A stretch of DNA of 64,000 bases from Eledone cirrhosa (GCA_964016885.1 OZ024742.1:287556001-287620000), one strand, 5' to 3'; shown: positions 39,763-53,786, counted from the stretch's first letter. Numbers and translations are program-made. Notes: generated from the sequence alone by a model not told the origin.

Positions 39763-39953
39763 TTCAGCAATAATTAACTCCGTTCCCGCACCGTCAGCAG
39801 GATTCAACATCAAAGACGGACGTGTTACGTAACATAAAGTGCTTTTCCTACTATTACATCATGATTAACTATACGGAATGACCAGTTCTATCCAGTGCTG
39901 AACCACTAAACTTCAATACATATATATATATGTATATATATATATATAGAGAG

Positions 39954-40072
<119 letters not shown>

Positions 40073-40429
40073 ATTATGCAAGGTGTTTATCCTTGTGTCA
40101 TCTGAGTGATATCTGGCTACTACGTCGGGTGACTGCATAGAAGCTAATACAGTTACCGTGTGTAAACATTAACGTGCTCAATATACCCTTGCGATGTATT
40201 TAGATCTTCATATACATACTGACAATCCATACCGTCACATATACAGTTTGTATGTGTGTGTGTGTGTGTATGTCTGTCTGTTTGTCTCTGTGTATGTGTG
40301 AACGTACACTAGCACACAAGAGACTCGAAGTAAAAAGACTAAGTAAGCTCTTTTACAGATCCACTTTCACACCACCAGAGGAATTATACAAGTCTAACAG
40401 ACAATGAGTTCAATGGTAGATATATACAG

Positions 40430-40695
40430 CATGTACAACCCAGGTTCTGCTGCATGTCGGGCTGAGGAGGCCAAGCTCCTCAAATACCGGTCGCTCTCCG
40501 ACAGGTTTGCGGTTGTACCCCTGGCAGTTGAGACTTCTGGTGTCTTCGGCCCCAGGGCTACCTCCCTACTCACCACAATAGGCGCTGAGCTGGCCAGCCG
40601 GACGTGTGAACCCCGCGAGTTGGAGTGGCTTTTCCAGCCGGTCTCCCTTGCCGCCCTCCGTGGGAACGCCTTCTCCATCCTGTCCGCCGGGGCTG
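40430..40695 (+). pseudogene. CRE-clade LINE 3' endonuclease remnant
   Basis: PGSAACRAEEAKLLKYRSL..VPLAVETSGVFGP..IGAELA..EPRELEWLFQPVSLAALRGNAFSIL, matching the CRE-type QR(L)S(I)A.QRGNA end. Confidence 0.8.
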
Positions 40696-41379
40696 TGTGG
40701 GGTGGGGTGTGGGGTGGGGCGTGGGGGCGGGGGGTGCTATCGCGTAACATTCCATATTTAGGTATCCAGATTAATGTTTTTTATATACACATCACTTGTA
40801 TTTATCTTCCTATATATAAGTGAATGCAAGCATAGTTGTAGGTTTTAAATAGTTTGCTTTAATAAGCTAATGCATTTATGAATATATTTTTGTTTAATTT
40901 TATATCTTTAATTTTACTATCAAGAACTAAAGTAAAAATATGGAAAATCTTTAAAAATAATTCTTTAGGTGCAGAAGCAGAGAAAATTCCATCGTCTTGC
41001 CTCATTTTATCTGGAAACTGAAACGAAGGGAGCAACGTTCCCCCATATCAAATGAAGTATCCTCAACTGAGTACTTCTTAATTGCTCTGGGAACCGCTAT
41101 TGCTAGTTTTGACTCCACAACAAGTTGCAACTATTTCGGCAACAAGCCACATTCATCAACAGGAAAAAGTGACCTAACGTTTTGGTGTCATTAGCGAAAC
41201 ACCTTGTTAACCAACTTCGAACAACGAGCCTTGATGTAGAAGTCCATCGGATGGATTGTACCTGTAATTGAAAAGTAATTGTCACCAATTATGTTACGAT
41301 CATTCGGCTTAGGAATTACATACAAATCGGTCGTTCAGATGAATGAACTGGAAGCTCATCGTCGAATCTAATGGAGGAC

Positions 41380-41574
41380 CTTCTTCTTCTTCTTCTTCTT
41401 CTTCTTCTTCTTCTTCTTCTTCTTCTTCTTCTTCTTCTTCTTCTTCTTCTTCTTCTTCTTCTTCTTCTTCTTCTTCTTCTTCTTCTTCTTCTTCTTCTTC
41501 TTCTTCTTCTTCTTCTTCTTCTTCTTCTTCTTCTTCTTCTTCTTCTTCTTCTTCTTCTTCTTCTTCTTCTTCTT
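41380..41574. repeat. (TTC)~65 microsatellite, expanded tail of an RTE element
   Basis: Perfect run directly abutting the 3' end of the minus-strand RTE fragment. Confidence 0.95.
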
Positions 41575-41795
41575 GAGAGGCTTGTGGGAGGCAACGTCTT
41601 CAAACACTCCTTGAAGCGAGTACTGTCAGAAGCAACAGTCTCCAACTGATCCGACTGAATCCCCAAGCGAGGCCATCCAACCTCATGGATGTTATCCAAC
41701 CATCTTGCTCGGGGTCTAACCCTGGGTCTCCTGCCGGTTGGTTTTGCCCGTAAAATCTGCCCAGCGATTCATTCCTGACACATTCTAACCACAGG
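41575..41795 (-). mobile_element. RTE-clade LINE 3' remnant
   Basis: ..AKPTGRRPRVRPRARWLDNIHEVGWPRLGIQSDQLETVASDSTRFK. Confidence 0.8.
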
Positions 41796-41913
41796 ACCCT
41801 TATACCACTGCACTTATAACTTTAGGACTTTAGGAAAAGAATTATAGCCACGTATTCCTATTTCCCTTGTTCCATAATTTCAAGAAACAAGTAGTTTATT
41901 ATTAAGTAGTTGG

Positions 41914-44900
41914 GTGTGCTGTAATGAGATGGTGTTGTGCTGTAATGAGATGGTGTTGTGCTGTAATGCGATGGTGTTGTGCTGTAATGCCATGGTGTTG
42001 TGCTGTAATACCATGGTGTTGTGCTGTAATGCCATGGTGTTGTGCTGTAAGGCCATGGTGTTGTGCTGTAATGCCATGGTGTTGTGCTGTAATGCCATGG
42101 TGTTGTGCTGTAAGGCCATGGTGTTGTGCTGTAATGAGATGGTGTTGTGCTGTAATGCCATGGTGTTGTGCTGTAATGCCATGGTGTTGTGCTGTAATGC
42201 CATGGTGTTGTGCTGTAATGAGATGGTGTTGTGCTGTAATGCCATGGTGTTGTGCTGTAATGCCATGGTGTTGTGCTGTAATGCCATGGTGTTGTGCTGT
42301 AATGAGATGGTGTTGTGCTGTAATGAGATGGTGTTGTGCTGTAATGCCATGGTGTTGTGCTGTAATGCCATGGTGTTGTGCTGTAAGGCCATGGTGTTGT
42401 GCTGTAATGAGATGGTGTTGTGCTGTAATGCCATGGTGTTGTGCTGTAATGCCATGGTGTTGTGCTGTAATGCCATGGTGTTGTGCTGTAATGAGATGGT
42501 GTTGTGCTGTAATGCCATGGTGTTGTGCTGTAATGCCATGGTGTTGTGCTGTAATGCCATGGTGTTGTGCTGTAATGAGATGGTGTTGTGCTGTAATGCC
42601 ATGGTGTTGTGCTGTAATGCCATGGTGTTGTGCTGTAATGAGATGGTGTTGTGCTGTAATGCCATGGTGTTGTGCTGTAATGCCATGGTGTTGTGCTGTA
42701 ATGCCATGGTGTTGTGCTGTAATGCCATGGTGTTGTGCTGTAATGCCATGGTGTTGTGCTGTAATGCCATGGTGTTGTGCTGTAATGCCATGGTGTTGTG
42801 CTGTAATGCCATGGTGTTGTGCTGTAATGCGATGGTGTTGTGCTGTAATGCGATGGTGTTGTGCTATAATGCGATGGTGTTGTGCTGTAATGCGATGGTG
42901 TTGTGCTGTAATGCGATGGTGTTGTGCTGTAATGCGATGGTGTTGTGCTGTAATGCGATGGTGTTGTGCTGTAATGCGATGGTGTTGTGCTGTAATGAGA
43001 TGGTGTTGTGCTGTAATGCCATGGTGTTGTGCTGTAATGCCATGGTGTTGTGCTGTAATGCCATGGTGTTGTGCTGTAATGCCATGGTGTTGTGCTGTAA
43101 TGCCATGGTGTTGTGCTGTAATGCGATGGTGTTGTGCTGTAATGCGATGGTGTTGTGCTATAATGCGATGGTGTTGTGCTGTAATGCGATGGTGTTGTGC
43201 TATAATGCGATGGTGTTGTGCTGTAATGCGATGGTGTTGTGCTGTAATGCGATGGTGTTGTGCTGTAATGCGATGGTGTTGTGCTGTAATGAGATGGTGT
43301 TGTGCTGTAATACCATGGTGTTGTGCTGTAATGCCATGGTGTTGTGCTGTAATGAGATGGTGTTGTGCTGTAATGCCATGGTGTTGTGCTGTAATGCCAT
43401 GGTGTTGTGCTGTAATGAGATGGTGTTGTGCTGTAATGCCATGGTGTTGTGCTGTAATGCCATGGTGTTGTGCTGTAATGCCATGGTGTTGTGCTGTAAT
43501 GCCATGGTGTTGTGCTGTAATGCCATGGTGTTGTGCTGTAATGCCATGGTGTTGTGCTGTAATGCCATGGTGTTGTGCTGTAATGCCATGGTGTTGTGCT
43601 GTAATGAGATGGTGTTGTGCTGTAATGCCATGGTGTTGTGCTGTAATGCCATGGTGTTGTGCTGTAATGCCATGGTGTTGTGCTGTAATGCCATGGTGTT
43701 GTGCTGTAATGCCATGGTGTTGTGCTGTAATGCCATGGTGTTGTGCTGTAATGCCATGGTGTTGTGCTGTAATGCCATGGTGTTGTGCTGTAATGCGATG
43801 GTGTTGTGCTGTAATGCGATGGTGTTGTGCTATAATGCGATGGTGTTGTGCTGTAATGCGATGGTGTTGTGCTGTAATGCGATGGTGTTGTGCTGTAATG
43901 CCATGGTGTTGTGCTGTAATGCCATGGTGTTGTGCTGTAATGCCATGGTGTTGTGCTGTAATGCCATGGTGTTGTGCTGTAATGCCATGGTGTTGTGCTG
44001 TAATGCCATGGTGTTGTGCTGTAATGCGATGGTGTTGTGCTGTAATACCATTGTGTTGTGCTGTAATGCGATGGTGTTGTGCTGTAATGCGATGGTGTTG
44101 TGCTATAATGCAATGGTGTTGTGCTGTAATGCGATGGTGTTGTGCTGTAATGCGATGGTGTTGTGCTGTAATGCGATGGTGTTGTGCTATAATGCGATGG
44201 TGTTGTGCTGTAATGCGATGGTGTTGCGCTGTAATGCGATGGTGTTGTGCTGTAATGCGATGGTGTTGTGCTGTAATGCGATGGTGTTGTGCTGTAATGC
44301 GATGGTGTTGTGCTGTAATGCGATGGTGTTGTGCTATAATGCGATGGTGTTGTGCTGTAATGCCATGGTGTTGTGCTGTAATGCCATGGTGTTGTGCTGT
44401 AATGCCATGGTGTTGTGCTGTAATGCCATGGTGTTGTGCTGTAATGCCATGGTGTTGTGCTGTAATGCCATGGTGTTGTGCTGTAATGCGATGGTGTTGT
44501 GCTGTAATACCATTGTGTTGTGCTGTAATGAGATGGTGTTGTGCTGTAATGCCATGGTGTTGTGCTGTAATGCCATGGTGTTGTGCTGTAATGCCATGGT
44601 GTTGTGCTGTAATGCCATGGTGTTGTGCTGTAATGCCATGGTGTTGTGCTGTAATGCCATGGTGTTGTGCTGTAATGCGATGGTGTTGTGCTGTAATGCG
44701 ATGGTGTTGTGCTATAATGCGATGGTGTTGTGCTGTAATGCGATGGTGTTGTGCTGTAATGCGATGGTGTTGTGCTGTAATGCCATGGTGTTGTGCTGTA
44801 ATGCCATGGTGTTGTGCTGTAATGCCATGGTGTTGTGCTGTAATGCCATGGTGTTGTGCTGTAATGCCATGGTGTTGTGCTGTAATGCGATGGTGTTGTG

Positions 44901-47900
44901 CTGTAATACCATTGTGTTGTGCTGTAATGCGATGGTGTTGTGCTGTAATGCGATGGTGTTGTGCTATAATGCAATGGTGTTGTGCTGTAATGCGATGGTG
45001 TTGTGCTGTAATGCGATGGTGTTGTGCTGTAATGCGATGGTGTTGTGCTATAATGCGATGGTGTTGTGCTGTAATGCGATGGTGTTGCGCTGTAATGCGA
45101 TGGTGTTGTGCTGTAATGCGATGGTGTTGTGCTGTAATGCGATGGTGTTGTGCTGTAATGCGATGGTGTTGTGCTGTAATGCGATGGTGTTGTGCTGTAA
45201 TGCGATGGTGTTGTGCTATAATGCGATGGTGTTGTGCTGTAATGCGATGGTGTTGTGCTGTAATGCGATGGTGTTGTGCTGTAATGCGATGGTGTTGTGC
45301 TGTAATACGATGGTGTTGTGCTGTAATGCGATGGTGTTGTGCTGTAATGCGATGGTGTTGTGCTGTAATGCGATGGTGTTGCGCTGTAATGCGATGGTGT
45401 TGTGCTGTAATGCGATGGTGTTGTGCTGTAATGCGATGGTGTTGTGCTATAATGCGATGGTGTTGTGCTGTAATGCGATGGTGTTGCGCTGTAATGCGAT
45501 GGTGTTGTGCTGTAATGCGATGGTGTTGTGCTGTAATGCGATGGTGTTGTGCTGTAATGCCATGGTGTTGTGCTGTAATGCGATGGTTTTGTGCTGTAAT
45601 GCCATGGTGTTGTGCTGTAATGCGATGGTGTTGTGCTGTAATGCGATGGTGTTGTGCTGTAATGCCATGGTGTTGTGCTGTAATACGATGGTGTTGTGCT
45701 GTAATGCGATGGTGTTGTGCTGTAATGCGATGGTGTTGTGCTATAATGCGATGGTGTTGTGCTGTAATGCGATGGTGTTGTGCTGTAATGCGATGGTGTT
45801 GTGCTGTAATGCGATGGTGTTGTGCTATAATGCGATGGTGTTGTGCTGTAATGCGATGGTGTTGTGCTGTAATGCGATGGTGTTGCGCTGTAAGGCCATG
45901 GTGTTGTGCTGTAATGCCATGGTGTTGTGCTGTAATGCGATGGTGTTGCGCTGTAATGCGATGGTGTTGCGCTGTAAGGCCATGGTGTTGTGCTGTAATG
46001 CGATGGTGTTGTGCTGTAATGCCATGGTGTTGTGCTGTAATGCCATGGTGTTGTGCTGTAATGCGATGGTGTTGCGCTGTAAGGCCATGGTGTTGTGCTG
46101 TAATGCCATGGTGTTGTGCTGTAATGCGATGGTGTTGTGCTGTAATGCGATGGTGTTGTGCTGTAATGCGATGGTGTTGTGCTGTAATGCGATGGTGTTG
46201 CGCTGTAATGCGATGGTGTTGCGCTGTAAGGCCATGGTGTTGTGCTGTAATGCCATGGTGTTGTGCTGTAATGCCATGGTGTTGTGCTGTAATGCGATGG
46301 TGTTGCGCTGTAATGCGATGGTGTTGCGCTGTAATGCGATGGTGTTGCGCTGTAAGGCCATGGTGTTGTGCTGTAATGCCATGGTGTTGTGCTGTAATGC
46401 GATGGTGTTGCGCTGTAATGCGATGGTGTTGCGCTGTAAGGCCATGGTGTTGTGCTGTAAGGCCATGGTGTTGTGCTGTAATGCCATGGTGTTGTGCTGT
46501 AATGCCATGGTGTTGTGCTGTAATGCGATGGTGTTGCGCTGTAAGGCCATGGTGTTGTGCTGTAATACCATGGTATTGTGCTGTAAGGCCATGGTGTTGT
46601 GCTGTAATGCCATGGTGTTGTGCTGTAATGCGATGGTGTTGCGCTGTAAGGCCATGGTGTTGTGCTGTAATGCCATGGTGTTGTGCTGTAAGGCCATGGT
46701 GTTGTGCTGTAATGCCATGGTGTTGTGCTGTAATGCGATGGTGTTGCGCTGTAAGGCCATGGTGTTGTGCTGTAATGCCATGGTGTTGTGCTGTAATGCC
46801 ATGGTGTTGTGCTGTAAGGCCATGGTGTTGTGCTGTAATGCCATGGTGTTGTGCTGTAATGCGATGGTGTTGCGCTGTAAGGCCATGGTGTTGTGCTGTA
46901 ATGCCATGGTGTTGTGCTGTAATGCGATGGTGTTGCGCTGTAAGGCCATGGTGTTGTGCTGTAATGCCATGGTGTTGTGCTGTAATGCGATGGTGTTGCG
47001 CTGTAAGGCCATGGTGTTGTGCTGTAATGCCATGGTGTTGTGCTGTAATGCCATGGTGTTGTGCTGTAAGGCCATGGTGTTGTGCTGTAATGCCATGGTG
47101 TTGTGCTGTAATGCCATGGTGTTGTGCTGTAAGGCCATGGTGTTGTGCTGTAATGCCATGGTGTTGTGCTGTAATGCCATGGTGTTGTGCTGTAATGCCA
47201 TGGTGTTGTGCTGTAAGGCCATGGTGTTGTGCTGTAATGCCATGGTGTTGTGCTGTAAGGCCATGGTGTTGTGCTGTAATGCGATGGTGTTGCGCTGTAA
47301 GGCCATGGTGTTGTGCTGTAATGCCATGGTGTTGTGCTGTAATGCGATGGTGTTGCGCTGTAAGGCCATGGTGTTGTGCTGTAATGCCATGGTGTTGTGC
47401 TGTAATGCGATGGTGTTGCGCTGTAAGGCCATGGTGTTGTGCTGTAATGCCATGGTGTTGTGCTGTAATGCCATGGTGTTGTGCTGTAAGGCCATGGTGT
47501 TGTGCTGTAATGCCATGGTGTTGTGCTGTAATGCCATGGTGTTGTGCTGTAAGGCCATGGTGTTGTGCTGTAATGCCATGGTGTTGTGCTGTAATGCCAT
47601 GGTGTTGTGCTGTAATGCCATGGTGTTGTGCTGTAAGGCCATGGTGTTGTGCTGTAATGCCATGGTGTTGTGCTGTAAGGCCATGGTGTTGTGCTGTAAT
47701 GCCATGGTGTTGTGCTGTAATGCGATGGTGTTGCGCTGTAAGGCCATGGTGTTGTGCTGTAATGCCATGGTGTTGTGCTGTAAGGCCATGGTGTTGTGCT
47801 GTAATGCCATGGTGTTGTGCTGTAATGCGATGGTGTTGCGCTGTAAGGCCATGGTGTTGTGCTGTAATGCCATGGTGTTGTGCTGTAATGCCATGGTGTT

Positions 47901-48071
47901 GTGCTGTAAGGCCATGGTGTTGTGCTGTAAGGCCATGGTGTTGTGCTGTAATGCCATGGTGTTGTGCTGTAATGCGATGGTGTTGCGCTGTAAGGCCATG
48001 GTGTTGTGCTGTAATGCCATGGTGTTGCGCTGTAAGGCCATGGTGTTGTGCTGTAATGCCATGGTGTTGTG
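41914..48071. repeat. 21-bp satellite, ~293 copies, consensus GTGCTGTAATGCCATGGTGTT
   Basis: Uninterrupted tandem array with GCC/GCG/GAG, AAT/AAG, TGT/TAT and GTG/GCG variants. Confidence 0.98.
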
Positions 48072-48740
48072 TGGTTGTCTCGTAATGTGATGTAATGTCA
48101 TGTTGTGGTCGTGTGATGTCGTATTGTGGTGTGGTGTGGGGAAGAGTGGTGTCGTGGTGTGGTGCCTAGTGTTGTGGTGTCAGGTATGTCCGTCATTGTA
48201 AAATATAGTGGACAAATGTTTTTTTAAATATTCAAAACAAAACAAACAAAAAATGGCAATAACGATTTCGAAAAGAAAAGTGTATTGTCGTAGAGTAGTG
48301 TGGTGTCGTGGTGTGGTGTCGTGGTGTGGTGTGGTGTGGAGGAGAGTCGTAGTGTGTGGTGTTATAGAGTTGCGATATAGTGCCGGAGTATTGTGGTGTC
48401 GAGGTATAGTGGTGTATTGTCGTAGAGTAGTATGGTGTGATGTGGAGGGGTATGGTGGTGTGATGCTGTAGTGCTGTAGTATTGTGGTGTGATGTGGTGT
48501 CGTGGAGTGGTGTGGGGTCGTGGTATGGTGTGATGTGGTAGCGTAGTGTTGTTGTGTGGTGTCGTGTATAGTCGTAGTGTGGTGTGGTGTGATGTGGGTG
48601 GGGGGTATCGGGATGTAATGCTGTAGTGTTGTGGTGTGGTAGGGTGTCGTGGAGTGGTGTGGAGTCGTGATGTGGTGTCGTGTATTGCCGTAGAGTGGAG
48701 TGGTGTCGTGTATTGCCGTAGAGTGGGGTGGAGTGGTGTC
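48072..48740. repeat. Degenerate (GTGTG/GTGTC/GTAGT) pentamer field
   Basis: Direct reading; flanks the satellite. Confidence 0.75.
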
Positions 48741-49441
48741 GTTCAGTTATCTTCTTTATATCAAAGTTGTATTCTATTTTGTGTTACAAGGTTAATTTAG
48801 TACAATTATACGACGTGGTGTGATATAGTGTGATATGTGATAGCCTTATAGTAAGACATGATATGATATGATAATATTGTCTGGTGTGGTATAACATAAT
48901 AAGATTGTACATGGTATTATATAATACCAGGTAATAACCTACGAAACACCATAGTATTATTGTTTAAGCCTATGCCAACCATGAATATGCAGGTTTATTA
49001 TCGGTACGTTATAACATTACATATCCTGAAATATGATAATGTATTCCAGTAGAGTTATAATACGGCCAGACGTGTTTTCCTTTTCGTTATTTTTAATTTT
49101 ATTTTATGATGCAGTTTAGTAAATTACGTAGTCGATGCCGTATTCCATATGGGATAACACTATGTGATACATTGCTCGATGTGTAACACACACACAGCAT
49201 TATGTGATACGATGTGATATCACATATAAAAGACAACATAGTATGTTTTATAATTCTGTGAGATATAACAACACTAAAACAAATATGTTACAATAAGACT
49301 CGCTGCGCGGTTTCCATTCCCAGTTAAAACGGTTTCGTTAATCTACAAAGAAGAGGAATACAAATAAAAACAAGTTATTTCTTCCATTGTATAATCACAC
49401 TCCCGCTGTTTTTCCTTCATTCCCATCTTTAAAATACTATG

Positions 49442-49635
49442 CAGACCTGCCAACTTCTAAAAACACATACCGAGAGTACCATGAAAAAAGTGCCTCAAAA
49501 CTGGGAGAAATGAGGCAAAATGGGAAGATTTTACATAATGAAAGCTATACCCATTTTCACAAGAGAAGTCATCTCGCACCCACACCAAAGTGGGTGGAAA
49601 ATCTCCCCGTCGGACAGGGAGAGTTGACAGGTCTG
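49442..49635. mobile_element. ~194-bp MITE
   Basis: TIRs cagacctgccaact / agttgacaggtctg, flanked by ctatg on both sides; inverted second copy at 52701-52885. Confidence 0.75.
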
Positions 49636-50534
49636 CTATGTAATGCTAACCAGGAAGGGCATGCGCTTCAATTAAGGCCAACTAGGCAACCGTCTAGAAC
49701 GCAGTCCTAAGAGAAATGCATTTCTGAATCTTTAAGGATCACAGTTTCATAGAAATTTGTATAATTAACTTAAATATATAATTTCATGAGATCAATAAAT
49801 AAATCGCTAAATATCTTTGCCGCATAGCAGCGTTCTAGAATATATAAAGTGGTAAAGTGGGTCATATGGTGTTAAGAGCCGTCACATGGTTTGACGTGGG
49901 TGAGTGTAGACTGTGCAATAAAGAATGTAGGTTTAGTAATTTGTTTTTCTGAGTGAAGTTAGAGCAAGGAGTAACAAAACTAGGTTTGTGAACTTGCCAA
50001 AATGCAAGTTGTAAGAATGGGCCGCATAACTGGGAGATGACATACGTTGAGGAGCTAATCCAGGGTGATAAATGCCCAGAAGCCGCTCCTAGATGTATTT
50101 ACGATCGGAAAGTGAAACAGTGTGTGAATGTGGACTCGACTTACCTTTGTTTTGATTGATGATGTAACACAGTTATTGAGTACAAATGCTGCGCCCACTG
50201 TAAATAAAAACAGAAAAAATATTATCAGGCGATCCTCACAATCCTTTTAGCTAATATATTAATGAGCATTAATATTAATGTTTAGATTAGATAGACATAC
50301 AATATTTATTAAGGGTGTGGACACAGTATGGTCGAACGGTAAAGGAGTTCGCTTCTCAATCATTAGGGTCTGCGTTCGAACCCACTGTCTTGAGAACGAA
50401 ATTAAGTAAACAAAAACTGTTCGGAAACCTCAATTGAATATATTTTAGTCTATTATTTAAGTTTTAGTGAGACTACATCTCGACTACGGTGATATTATTC
50501 AGTCAACATTTTTCTTCAAGGATTAGATTCTTGC

Positions 50535-50862
50535 GGTGAAGGCGCATGGCTTAGTGGTTCGGGTGTTGTACTCATGAGCTCGACTCCCGGAGACGCTTTG
50601 TCCTAGCAAGACAACTTGCTCAAGGACGCTTTGTGTTCTTAAGCAACACACCTTGCTACTATGTACTCAGCTGGCTAAAATAAGTTGTAATTCAAATGAC
50701 CAGACTTGTCATACATTGTATCACGATTAATCTCCCTGAGAATTACATTAAAGGTACACTTATCTGTGGAATGCTCTGTCAATTTCACATTAACTTCACG
50801 AACAGGGTGTCCTATTGATCATAGAGCTGGAATACTCATCGTCGGAACCGACGGAGATCCCA
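50535..50862 (+). mobile_element. SINE family A
   Basis: ggtgaaggcgcatggcttagtggttcgggtgttg head; 3' part homologous to 11300-11545. Confidence 0.7.
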
Positions 50863-52029
50863 CAGATTCTTTGAGAAACAACACAAAAATTAATATTAAA
50901 CTAATTGCAGCTTTGGTAGCCTCTGCGCTGTCACTTGACCTGCTAAAAATAGCGACCAAATTCCCTAAAATCACTTCGTACCGTCTCAGAATAGAAGGGA
51001 TATATTGAACAATGTAGTCCTAGATATAGAAAAAAAGATTGGATGATCAAGACTGAAATATCTTTGATCAAAATTTGCTTAATCAGGGCTGACATAGAAC
51101 TTAAACATCAACAACAGGAACAACAATTCTATTAGGTTTGACTGAAGCCACTGTTTACTAACTTTGCTTATCTAACATATAAAAACCAATAGAGTAAATA
51201 ATTCTAATAAAGTGGACATTTTTATTGATATTTTATTGATGAAAAACACAATGGATAGCGGTCAGACTTGAACTCGGAATTGTGAAGGACGAAATGAAAC
51301 ACAAAGAAACTTTGACCATCGCTTTATTGACTGACTCAGCCTAACCTAATTGTGCGAATGACTATTAATAGATATGCACACATACAAACATATACACAAA
51401 TACACACACGCATACCAATCACACACAAATACATATACACATATGCACACATACATACATACATACATACACACATACACACATACAAACACACACACAC
51501 ACACACACTTATACACACATACATATGCATACACACACATACACACACATACATGCACACATACATACATACACACACATAGACACACACGCACGCACAC
51601 ACACACTCACACACACATACACACGCATGGACGTACACAGGCCACACGAAACTACAGGCGTCTTTCACGGTGCCCCACCGACGCCGAATGACCTTCAGCT
51701 GCACACAACCACCAACTGCACGTCTGAACCCCCCCTCCCCCGTGCTTTACCCCCCCCCCCCCCAAATCACCCCCTCCTCCTCCTCCCCTCCTCTCTCCTC
51801 TCTCCTTCTTATTTTCTTTCTAATTTTATTTTTAAATATGTTTACGTTTTATTTTCTTTGCGTTTTTCCTTTTGTATTCCGTCTTTTACAACATCCTGAA
51901 TGCTGCTTTTCTTGACGAAGGGCCAAGTCCTGATACGTTCACTATGTAACTCTATTTCTTTTAAGCGTGAAACTAATACGACTTTATGTTAATGCTTCCT
52001 CTTGTTTGTTCATTTGTTGTTTTCTTGTT

Positions 52030-52180
52030 AGTAAGCTACTCAATATATCAGTAGAGTGTAAACATATTTAATATAGAAATGGCTTCTACGAGACTAGACT
52101 TGTTTCATTCAAAAGAATGATTTCTTTTGAATGAAACAGTTCTAGTCCTGTAGAAGGCATTTCTATATTAAACATGATAT
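52030..52180. mobile_element. Fold-back mini-element, family P2
   Basis: tttaatatagaaatggcttctac..gactaga..tgtttcattcaaaagaa / ttcttttgaatgaaacagttctagtcctgtagaaggcatttctatattaaa, then (TA)n. Confidence 0.7.
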
Positions 52181-52700
52181 ATATATAATTCATTGCAGTA
52201 CTATAGTAATATGATTATAGTATGTTATGACGTTGATGTCAATCAATATATATCTCACTGAAGTATGAATAATAGTGTCAATTGCTTGATTTTTTTTCCT
52301 AATCAGTTTCATTCATCAACACCACAAATCTACACCAACAGTAGTAAGGAAAATATTTACAAAAGATCTCTATGTTTGGTATTCAGTGAGAAAAACTATA
52401 GCGATGTTTCAGTCCTAATTTGTCGGGACGAACCTCATTGCGTCAGTTACAAACCCGGGTGGTACTGTCTGCAATGCAGAGGAGCGGAAGATGATCAAAT
52501 GCTAGAGCATTGACTGATCGATTCTTATTTATGCTGGTCGCCATTGAGTCATTGAGTCATACGATGTTCTTGGTCTCCTAGGATGGCGTTTAGCTCTGCC
52601 AAATCTGGAAAAGGGCATCACACTTTAGGAAGGTTTCCCTTTAGGTCAAATGGCTAATGCCGAAGATATTGCTAGCTCTTCTCCACTGAAACACTTTTAC

Positions 52701-52885
52701 CACACCTGTCAACTCTCCCCGCTGACAGGGAGATCTCCCGCCCACTTTCAGGTGGGTGAGAGATGTCTTCACTTGTGAAAATGGGTATAACTTTCATTGT
52801 GTAAAATCTTCCCATTTTGCCTCATTTCTCTGGGCACTTTTTGTCATGGCACTCCCCGTTTTGGTTTTAGAGGTTCGTAGTTCTG
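52701..52885. mobile_element. MITE, second (inverted) copy of 49442-49635
   Basis: Reverse-complement homology along the whole length. Confidence 0.7.
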
Positions 52886-53264
52886 CTTTCACTATCTTGT
52901 CTGCGGGGAACAGCTGAGATATACAGCCCATCGAAAGGTGTAGAGTTTGCCCCCTTCCCATGTCTTCCCCCTTTTTCATATATATTTTTCAATGAAGCCT
53001 CTGACTACAATGTTGATTTCTATTTCATATCAACACATCTCTTTCATTTATATTATTCATCCGATTTACCACAGATCATTTCTAATAGAGAAACTCTAGT
53101 GAATATCTACTTTTATTTAAATAGTATGATTTTAGTTTAGCTTTACAGGGCAACGAAACGTTCGATAATTGTTCAATACTTTATACTGAGTGTAACGAAC
53201 ATCAAACTACGCTCATAAAGCTTTGATGTCTTTTTATTTTTATTTTTATTTTATTTTATTTATT

Positions 53265-53303
<39 letters not shown>

Positions 53304-53786
53304 TTGTAAAACTAACAGATCTGAGCTATTGAGGATTAAAATATTCTGAATATAGTTAAAGCAGAAACAACGACATGATAGAAAGTGTCAAGCTCTCGAT
53401 CAGTGAGCAGACACCCTATACCGACCCGGCAAGCTATGACTTGGTGTGATATGTCATGATAGGAAACAGTGCAGAATGATATTGATTTTTCCACATTGGC
53501 GCAAAGCCACGTATCTATTTATTTGTACAACGACTTCTTGCTGAGACACAAAGTTATATAGACATATATGCCTAAAGGAAATAAGATTCTATATCGCTCT
53601 GGAATCGTTGATGCCCGCATGGCTGAGTGATTAAGAAGTTCGTTTCGCAATCATGAGGTCCTGGAATCGATCTGACTGCTTGGCATCTTGAACTAGTATC
53701 CTTACCATGACTCCGGAAAAACATAAGCATTATAAATGAAATTGGTTAGACGGAATAACATCCGAAAGAGAGTATTGGATTGTAGA

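Noticed and set aside
41316-41699. Poly-R/K/S/L ORFs
   Set aside because: Translations of the (TTC)n tract.
41858-48101. 2058, 2053, 1038 and 758 aa ORFs (MVLCCNA, WCCAVMP, HYSTTPW repeats)
   Set aside because: They arise from a 21-bp stop-free satellite open in several frames on both strands, with no unique N- or C-terminal domain; no evidence of coding function.
50325-50390. tRNA-like sequences (also ~28165-28230, ~53615-53680 and SINE heads)
   Set aside because: A/B boxes are present but there is no intact cloverleaf; these are degenerate SINE heads.
51915-51955. ttgacgaagggccaagtcctgatacgtt, hammerhead-like
   Set aside because: Both core boxes are mutated and stems I/III are not evident; at best a decayed PLE end.
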